Below the pieces are notes generated by a model. The model saw only the letters and a program-made list of their open reading frames with translations. It was not told where the DNA came from and searched no databases. From the human T2T-CHM13v2.0 reference genome, Homo sapiens: a stretch of 64,000 bases of DNA. The position numbers were made by a program, and so were the translations under genes. Shown one piece after another: positions 54,232 through 64,000 of this stretch (positions are counted from its first letter, which is position 1; every line of letters starts with the position of its first letter). The DNA lies in assembly GCF_009914755.1 (NCBI RefSeq), contig NC_060934.1. One strand, given 5' to 3'.

Positions 54232-55839
54232 ACTAGCACTCAGATTCCTGTTGCATACCTTAAATATAGTGCATTGGGGCAGTTCGCTACTTTACTGCCG
54301 TGGATGTGTTTGCATGCTGGAAAGATGCTGGAAAGTGAGAAACAGACACTGCTTACATGTAGGATGACAGTGTTCCAGAGTCCATTCTTCGGCAAGAAAG
54401 GGGAAGTCTCCAGTGTCATTAGGCGGCCAGGGAGCACTCTGACCTCAACAAAAGCAAAACATCCAACTACAGTAAATGAACCCTGTTGTCTGCTTTGCCA
54501 AGGAATTGTCACAGTGGAAAAATAAAAACAAAAAATTTTTAGTAAACAGCATGAAATAGAGGCAAAACATGGAATTTGAAAGTTTGTAATTCAATGTACT
54601 GATGTCCAAATTAATTGCCTTGCTTAATCCAAGAACTTCACCTCTCTAAGCTCGAATTTCTTCATTTATAAAGTTATCATAGGATTCAGCTCGCTTGTTG
54701 ATATGAAAGACTTGGAACAAGTGAAAATAGTTCATTCTATTACCTTTTTAAATGAGATGTTTAGTCACTGTGACTAGAAATCCAAACGTGAGGAAGGCAG
54801 GCACTAAGTCAAACAGGCCTGCCCAGTTTGTGCATTCTCCACTGCACCCTGTAGTCTCATCTGCTGAATTAATGAACATGCATAATTCTCTTTCCTTCCA
54901 AACCTTTTCACTTGCAAAAATTGCAGGGGTGAGCACAACCTTAACACATCATTAGGGTTTCCAAACTTATTTCTGTCTCACACACTGACAGAGGATTATT
55001 TCTTTCTTCTAAACAAAATTTGACATCACTAATTTTGAATAAATGGTATGCTTCTACAGAAAAAAAGAGGCATGTGTGACCCACCTTGATTTCCTTCACA
55101 GAGTGTCTGCTTTTAAACAATTTTTCTGAGAAACGAACCACTACCTCCTATAGCATAGACTAAGTTTTGAAGGCACATTCTGGAAACAGTGTAAGGGCTG
55201 TGGCGGTCAGTGGCACACCTCGGAGGCAGGTGCGGCTCCCTTTGGACACAGGTGGGGTCAGGCGCCTCCAGTGGTGGGAGGTCCTCTCCACTTCTGCCCA
55301 TGGTTCTCACCACAGGCACCATCAAAGCTCAAGTCTGTTCAGATTCGCCCCTGTTACGTGTAGGTTCTGTCTCTGTCACACTCTCTAATGGACGCAAAGT
55401 AGAGCTATTGATTTTGAGTGATGATGCCGTGTTCATTCTGTTTGCTGAATTTATTTACTGTAAATGGATAGGTAAATGACTGGTAAATACTTAACGTATA
55501 AGTAAAGGATCAATAAAATGCATCTCTCCTCACATGGCCAGTTATGCTCCTCAGAAAGAGTCACAATTAAAGTTTTTAGGGTCAGTCATGAAGTAGTTTT
55601 GCATATACAAGAACACCTATGCCAACATACATACCAGATTGTTCTACTAAAAAAAAAGTGCCTGTAATCAGATCCCTCCAGAGTCCATCAGGAGTCAGGG
55701 CTGCCTTCAGAGTCTCCTGTCACCCAGTAGGTCCCCAATCCCCTCCCAAATCTCCCATCGCCTTCACGAGACACACAGAGCTCCCTCACAGTCCACCTTG
55801 ATACAGCTTCAGCCCCATTTGTATTTCTTTGAATTCTAG

Positions 55840-58140
55840 TCAAATATTTTGTTCGCTATTGAAACATGATTTTCTTTTGACATTTTGATGTATACTTTGT
55901 ATTAAGTAAATTAAACATTCAGAATACTGCACAAATTATAAATGTACATTTTGAAATTTCACAAAGTGCACAAATCAATGTAACCAGCAATGAGATCAGG
56001 AAACAGTCGTTACGGCACCTGCAGAAGCTCCTTGGAGTCCACTTCCGGTCACACCCCCACCTCCTCTGAGGGAAGCCAGACCCTGTGACAGCGTGGCATA
56101 TACTCACTGGGGTCTGGACCCCATAAGCCTGGAATCACACAGGATGTGCTCCTTTGTGCACGTCTTCTTTACACTCGGAATTGGGTTTGTGAGATGTGTC
56201 CATGTCACTATATGCGGTTGCACCTCCTCCCTCCAGTGTTCTGTGTGATCCTCCCACTGTGCATGGTCATCTGGATGGCTTTCTTTTGGAGGTCTGGCTA
56301 ATAAAGCTGCAATAAACACTATGGCATGTGCACGTGCACATTTTTGTGGCATCTTTAACAGTGAATGGAATTGCTCGGTTACATGCTATTTCAGTTCAAT
56401 AGAATTGCCACATAGATTTCTAAAAGAGTTGTACCAATGTACACTCCTACCAGCAGTAGAGAAGGGTAGTAGCCATTCTTGCATGGCTATAAAGAAATAT
56501 CAGACACTGGGTAATTTATAAAGAGAAGAGGTTTAATTGGAATGTGGTTCTGCAGTCTGTACAAGCATGGCACCAACATCTGCTCAGCTTCCGGGGTAGC
56601 CTCAGGAGCCTTACAATCGTGGCGGAAGGTAAAGGGGGAGCAGGCATGTCACATGACAAGAATAGGAACAAGGCTCATGGGGAAGGTGCCACACACTTTC
56701 AAAGGACCAGATCTCGTGAGAACTCACTCACCATCATGAGGACAGTACCAAGAGGATGGTGCTAAGCCATTTAGAAGAAATCTGCCCCCGTGATCCAGTC
56801 ACCTCCCACCAGTCCCCACCTCCAACACTGGGGATTACAATTCAAAATGAGATTTAGGGAGGACACATCCAAATCATATCAATGAGTGATCCAGCTGCTC
56901 CACACTGCTTCAAACACTCAATAGCATCTACCATTTCAATTCTGGCCATTTTGCTGAGTAGGTAGTATACAATATTGTGCTTTACATAAGTTTATGGAAG
57001 TAGCATATACAGATTGTAAGAAACACTCATTTGAAGTTTACAGTTTGCTGAGTTTTGACAGATATATTTTTGTCACCTTAAAAGGGTCCTCAATTTCCTT
57101 CTGGTCAATCTTCCCATCCTTACCCTCTGGCAGCTGCTATTTGTCTCTATGCATTTGTTCTGTTGTTCTAGAATTCCATAGAAATATAAATGGAGTTATG
57201 TGCACTGTTCTGTGTCTGGCTTCTTTTGATGAGAATAATGTTTTTGAGATTCATCCATGTTGTCATGTAAATCAGTGTTGTATTCATTTTTATTGCTGAA
57301 TATTATTCCATTATATGGATATTCCAAAATACTTTTATTCATTCTCTAATTGAAAAAAAATTGAGATCATTTCCAGTTTTGTACTGTTGAGGGAAGCTGC
57401 CAGGGATGTAAGTGTGTAAGCCTTGTGTTGAACATGCATTTCCATTACTCTTGGGCAAATGCCCAGGAATAGGATTGCTGGGCTACATGGCGGCAAGTGT
57501 GTGTTTAACTTTATAAGAAACGGCTACGCTATTTTCTAAGCAGCTTGCACAGTCATCCCCTCTTTCCACTGAAGTATGAAGTTTCCAGCTCTTCCGGATT
57601 CCCACCTTACTCAGTGTTACTGTTTTAAAAAATATTTTAGCTTTTTCAGGAGTCAGGTAGTGGCCCCTCATTGTGGTTTTTATTCTCATTCTCCTGGTCA
57701 CCAAATGCTGTATATCTTTTAATGCGTTGATCGATTATCCAAATATCATCTTTTAAGAAATCCCTGGATTCTGCCAATATTGAATTAGGGTGTTCACCAT
57801 CTTATTGAGTTGCAAGTCATTTTTATGTTCTGGATACAAGTCATTTGGAATATTTTCTCCTAGTCTGTGTCTCATATTTTTATGTTTTGATGGTTTTGAC
57901 CACAGAGCAGAAGTGTTTATTTTGATAAAGTCCAGGTTCTCAAATATTTTCATTTATGATTAACAACGCTAAGCAATCTTTGCCTAATCCCAGGTTTCCT
58001 CTTGTTTTTTTTTTTTTTCTAGAAAGTTTATATTTTTAAGCTTCTACACTTTAGTCTATTTTGTTTGAAGTTGTGTTGTGTGTGGAGTGAGCTAAGGGTC
58101 AGTGATACGTTTGTCCATTTCACTATTTCCTTGACTTCAT
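55840..58140 (-). mobile_element. Antisense old L1 (L1ME-like) 3' fragments
   Basis: 'ttgagattcatccatgttgt', 'ttttattgctgaatattattccattatatggat', 'tgtgtttaactttataagaaac'. Confidence 0.75.
56466..56881 (-). mobile_element. MST-family (MaLR) solo LTR
   Basis: 'gctataaagaaatatcagacactgggtaatttataaagagaagaggtttaattgg...cctcccacc..ccccacctccaacactgggattacaattcaaaatgagattt...ccaaatcatatca'. Confidence 0.9.
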
Positions 58141-58711
58141 GCTATTTTTGAGCAGGCCTAGAGTAGCTATTTCTGAGGTGAAATTCTTCTGCATCTCCAC
58201 TGATACCAGTGTATGCCCAGTGCAGTCCTTTCTGTCTCACTGGTTGGAGCTCGTCTATGTCTCCTGTGAGGTCTGACCTGCTCCATTGACCACCCCCTGA
58301 CCCTCGTCTTTGTCCCAACTCAAGGAATCTCACTCTAATATGTCCTTAGCTGAGAACTCAGCCCAAGACTCAGTGGGACCCTGGAGCATGCTTCTGGAGC
58401 TTTGTCTGAGAAACTTCCTTCTTGCACATACGCTGCCCTCCAAATCTCAGCCACCTGAGTCTGCTAGAATTCTTTTCCCTGTTTTAGAAAACTGATGACC
58501 ATTACTCATTAAATTTTCCTTCTTTCCATTTACTTTGTCTTCTCATTCTGGGGCTCCATTACAGATATTTTAGAACCGTATACCACATCCAATTTAACTC
58601 ATACTCTGTCTTTTTACTCAATTATATCATCATTCTTCTGTTGGGATATGTTCTACTAGCCTGACCTTCCATTTCCTAATAGTTTCTTCTGCTGTTATGT
58701 ATCAGTCATGA

Positions 58712-58850
58712 TGACTTACTCCTATAATCCCAGCAACTTGAGAGGCTGAGGCTGGAGGATTGTTTGAGCCCAGAAGTTTGAGGCTGCAGTGAACTGAGAT
58801 CACACTCCAGCCTGAGTGAAAGAGAGACCTTGCTCCCTGCAAAAAAAAAA
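58712..58850 (+). mobile_element. Old Alu monomer (FRAM/AluJ right-arm-like)
   Basis: 'cctataatcccagcaacttgagaggctgaggctggaggattgtttgagcccagaagtttgaggctgcagtga' followed by A10. Confidence 0.85.
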
Positions 58851-59782
58851 TCTGCAGTTATACCCAGTTATACCCATCCAGTGATTCTTAATTTAATTTC
58901 AGTTATTATTTTTCCATTCCAGAATGTTTATTTGATTCGTCTTAATACATTCTCATTCTTTGGTAATATTTTCCTATTTTCCATCGTTTCATGTGTCTTC
59001 CACAATTCTGTATCTATTTTCTTTAACATACTTATCATAGTTATACTAAAGTCCTTGTCAAATAGCTCAGATATTTGCATCATCTATTGATCTGTTTCTA
59101 TAGTCTATTTTTTCTCTTTAATTTCAGTATTGTGATACTGCTTTCTAAAGATACAATTTTATTAAGTACTAGAAACTGTGGATAAAATATTGTAGTGTTT
59201 AATGATGTTATCCTCTTCTTAAGAGGGTTCATCTTTACTAAGCCCATAGATGGTGATTGATCACCTTAATCCAACTAGGAACTGTGTTTAACTAAAGCCA
59301 GATCTCAAGCTGATCTGACTGTGGCCCTCCAAGATTTTTACCTGAGAGTCTGGTGTATTCACAGCATTCCCCTCCTGGTGGGTCATAAATTCTAACCTGT
59401 GGCTCGTGAAAGTGACAGAAACTCCCATCTTTTTCAGAGATTTTTGTATAGGCTTTTAGCTTCTAGCTCAGGGCAGCCCTGGGATTTTCCAACTTGCATG
59501 AGGAAAACCTAGCCATGCTCTCAATGCCTATTTCATCTCCACTGCAGGCTCTTCCAGTGTGTCTATACCTCACAACAGGTGCAAAGCTGGACTTTCTATC
59601 TCTTGCCCGGGCCCAGAGCTGGCTAACATCCCTTGAGTAAGACTGCTGCAGGAGTCAGCTAATTTCTCTAAGGTTCTCCCGTGACCCTGCTGCCTTCAAG
59701 AAGATGGCTTCTTTATTTTATCTTGCTTGTCTGCTTGTTCTCTAGAGGCAGTGGTCTTCCATCAGTTCTTCCATGTCACTGA

Positions 59783-60440
<658 letters not shown>

Positions 60441-60524
60441 CATGCTCATGCTCATGCTCCCTTTGCTTTGGGCTTGTGCTCACCCTCCAGCAGGGCTTCT
60501 TCCACATTCAAGATTAAACGCATC

Positions 60525-60820
60525 ATTTATTTATTTATTAAGATGGAGTCTTGCTCTGTCACCCAGGCTGGAGTGCAGTGGCACAATCTCGGCTCACTTT
60601 AACCTCTGCCTTCCAGGTTCAAGCAATTCTCCTGCCTCAGCTTCCTGAGCAGCTGGGATTACAGATGTGCGCCACCATGCCTGGCTAATTTTTGTATTTT
60701 TAGTAGAAACAGGGTTTCACCATGTTGACCAGGCTGGTCTCAAACTCCTGACCTCAGGTGATCTGCCTGCCTGGGCCTCCCAAAGTGCTGGGATTACAGG
60801 CCTGAGCCACCATGCCCGGC
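60525..60820 (-). mobile_element. Alu (S-type) with TSD ttaaa(c/t)gcatc
   Basis: Full dimer; flanks ttaaacgcatc / ttaaatgcatc. Confidence 0.95.
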
Positions 60821-61013
60821 TTAAATGCATCCTTCTATCTATGATACTTTCTAATACATGCCTTGTTTTACTTTTAGCATTTTAGTGTTTTATCCATGTA
60901 GAATATGTCAAATCCGTGTAACACAGAGTCCAACAAATGTCCCTCCCCAGTGAAATCTATGCTGAATAAGCTGTCCTTTTCTTCTATGACTTAGAATTCT
61001 GCCTTTACCCCCA

Positions 61014-61363
61014 CTGTGGTTTAAATAAGTCCCCAATAAACTTCACCTCCAATGCCCCAGTGTTAGGATGTGGGGCCTAATGAGAGGGCTCAGTCCATGA
61101 AAACTCTGCCCTCATGCATGAATTAATGCCATTATCTTGGGAGTGGACTCACTATAAAAGTGTGAGATATCTCTGTCTCCCCCTCCCCTACTTTTGCCCT
61201 TTCACCTTTCAAAATGGGACAACACAGCAGGAGGGTCCTCACCAGATGAGGGCTCCTTGATCTTAGGCTTTCCATCCTCCAGAACTATAAGAAATAAATC
61301 TCTGTTCTGTATAAACTACCCAGTCTCAGGTATTCTGTGATAGTAGTAGAAAACAGACTGCAA
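61014..61363 (+). mobile_element. MST/MLT1A-type MaLR solo LTR
   Basis: 'gccctcatgcatgaattaatgccattatc...ccagaactataagaaataaatctctgttctgtataaactacccagtctcaggtattctgtgatag'. Confidence 0.85.
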
Positions 61364-61889
61364 TGACCTAAACCACACACATGCTTCTCATCCTCTGTTC
61401 TGTATCTTTCATTGCTTTATTTGTTTATCCTGCACTAGTTAAATACTTTTTAAATCACTATAGCTATAACATATTTTTTGATGTTTTGAAAAATGAGTTC
61501 TCTCCCCCTATCTTTCCAGGTAAGTTTTAGAGTCGGCTATTGTGTTTCTTAAAAAGCACTATTAAGATTTTGGTAAAAGTTGCATTAAATTACAGGATAA
61601 TTATTGGAGAAATGACATCTTTATAATATGAAATTTTAAATAAACATTGTTAAGAATACAAATCTGCATTCCAAGTTGCCAAGTAATAAACTGAGAATAT
61701 ACCACCACACTTTAAAATACAGTTATTGAAATTTAGCATTTTAATAGCTTTGATGTTTAGCAGAAATACAGTATTTAAAATTTTATTTAGTAATTTAAAA
61801 TGTTCTATACATGTGCACCATGTAGAGAACTTAATTCCTCACTCTGCATTTCACTCTGTTAGAAGCAGGCAGGCGTTGTGTTAAGTTGC

Positions 61890-62460
61890 GTTGGCAGATG
61901 CTGTAATGTGCCAACCACATCCTGTCCTTTGTCCTCTTAGGAGAAAAAGACCCTTTCCCCAGCTTCTGGGGGTGTTGTCAGGGTTCACAGCTTCGTCCCT
62001 CCCCAGGAAGTGCACGGGCTAGAGTGACCTTCCTTTTCCCTGGGAGTAGCTGGTTCCCGTGCGGGTACAGAGGTTCGATCCCCTTGTGCAGATGCAGAGG
62101 CTCTGTCCCCTCGTGCAGGCTCAGAGGCTCAGTCACCTTGCCACAGCTTGGAGTGACCCTGGGGACTCCGGCTCACCTTCCTCCCTGCCAGCCCTACTTG
62201 CTCCCTTTCCCCAGGTGGTGTTGCCTGGAGAAGTCCCCAGTCAACTTCCTGAAAGCAGCTCTCTGCTTCTGGTTTCCCAGGAAACCCTACTCGGGAAGGA
62301 AGCTGACCCTGAAATGGGATTTGGAGGCTGGATGGCCCAGAGTGGAAGGCAGGTGGAACTTCATCTCCAGTGGCGGGTGAGGCTCTGACAGTCCCCAGCA
62401 CCCAGTCAGGATGGCACTGCTGGCATTTGTCACTGAAGAGCTGCGGTGAGACTCTGGTGG
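61890..62460 (+). mobile_element. Possible ERVL/LTR16-like remnant containing a ~27-bp x3 internal repeat (~62060-62140)
   Basis: 'ggcagatgctgt', 'ctctgcttctggtttcccaggaaaccc', then 'ggaagctgaccctgaaatgggatttggaggctggat'. Confidence 0.4.
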
Positions 62461-64000
62461 AAGAGGAGGCAACAGTGGTGTGATGTGCCAGGCATGTGTG
62501 GGACTTGCTGCACTCAGGGGGTTGTCCATCAGCCAGATCCCAGCGCCATCCAGCTGCCCAGGGCTCCCTTTGTCACTTTAAAACCTCCCTCCATGCCAGC
62601 CGCCTGTAGGAGCTGCTTCCCCTGGAGTCAGACATGAGAGGGAGTCTTGCCGCCCAGCCATTATCTGTGTATAGTAATAACACACTGCAATGCTTTTCAT
62701 TTACATCACAGCTGAAATTGCTATAAAACTATTTCCCAAGTGTGTTTTCTGCAACAATAGTCCCAAGAGATGCCTTGAAGACCAAGAAATGTTCTGTGGT
62801 CACCTAAACCTGGCAAGTGCTTTATAGGATCTCCCTCTTAGGAATCCAAAATGCAGGCTAGCTATTACAGGCTCCGAAGAGTTTGCCACAAAGAATACCG
62901 TTTGTTTATTTCAACACAGTGTTTTCAAAATGTAATTTAACATGAGACATTTACTGGTGATGACCCCTGGCTTGTTGTTTGGTGGTCACTCCAGAAAAGC
63001 TGCTGAAAGTCATTTTTATGTAACCACATTGCAGCCTTCCGGAGGTAAAAGACTGAAACATACAGTGTGCAAATCTCACAGAAGTGCAGCGTCACTGAGA
63101 CTTCACTGTGGCAACTTCAGTCATTCTATCTGACCCTGGGGATCTGAAGGGATGACAGTAACAAAACAGGAGCAACAAAACTTTCCCCCACCTCAGGATC
63201 ATTTGAGGGTGCCTTTATGCCCATCAGCACTCTCCACACCCTCCCACGTGCACCCCGGGCAATCCTGGGCAGCCTCACCACTGGGAGCCAATGAACAAAT
63301 GGATGGCCAAGTGGACAATGGGTGGCAGCATTCCCCCTCCTCACTCTGGCATCCTCCCTTTTGCAAGGGCCTTGCCTTTGGACAGCACTGAACCGGATTC
63401 TCAATTTCCCTCAGTGCTAACATTCTGCTCTCACAGTGTTAGCAGCAGAGATAGGAGATTTCCTGAGTCAATTTGCCACCTGCATAATTCAGGCACATCA
63501 TCTGTTCTCATTGCTACCAAGCTTCTCTGGATCTCCACTTGAAAGTCCCACTTTCTTCTCAGTAAACGCACACTGCGATTCACGAGAAACCGCAAAGCCA
63601 CAGAATCCACTTGCAGCAGGGTGCTCCGTGGCTGGGAGGACTCCAGGGAGCTGCTGCCTGTGCCCCAGAAGGATGCCAGGGATCTAGGAGGCAGGCACGA
63701 TTCCCAGGGACGCATGCATGATTTCAAGGGAAAAAGAGGTTTGTGTCCACTGCAGGTCACTGCTTGAAGGTGAGTTGGAATGGGCACGGGATCATTCCTC
63801 GCTTGGAAAGGGCCCCCGTCCCTGTGGAACTTCTGCAGGCTGCAGTCCCTTGGGTCCTCAGTGAGAGCTATGGTGCTTCAAGGCACACACTCCTAGAAGG
63901 GGTAAGTGGCTGCAGCCAAGCTCTTAGGAAAGTGGGGCAGAACCAGCTCCAGCAGCCTCTGCCTGTCTCGATGTGTGTCCGCCTATGCCAGGAGCACTCT

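Overview
Primate, very probably human, genomic DNA. The left end holds the 5' CpG island and first coding exon (minus strand, 915-1256) of TCERG1L, recognised from its N-terminal peptide. The remaining ~62 kb is upstream intergenic sequence. It contains old L1 fragments, Alus, MaLR LTRs, a Tigger3-like DNA transposon, MIR/L2 remnants and several minisatellites, and no other credible protein-coding exon. Four signals stand out. (1) REST/NRSF sites: a 7-nt-spacer RE1 in intron 1 and a canonical RE1 abutting an inverted degenerate RE1 about 43.7 kb upstream. (2) An AUG-UAG start-stop element 1 nt before the TCERG1L start codon. (3) Five short (42-305 bp), non-tandem, same-orientation local duplications; in the four where a donor can be inferred, the copy lies to its left. 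(4) Structured minisatellites: an exact 100-bp unit, a 44/45-bp unit with splice-donor motifs on both strands, a CpG-rich 42-bp unit, a 47-bp higher-order polypyrimidine array and a CACCTG E-box array. Repeat-family calls and boundaries were made by eye and are approximate.
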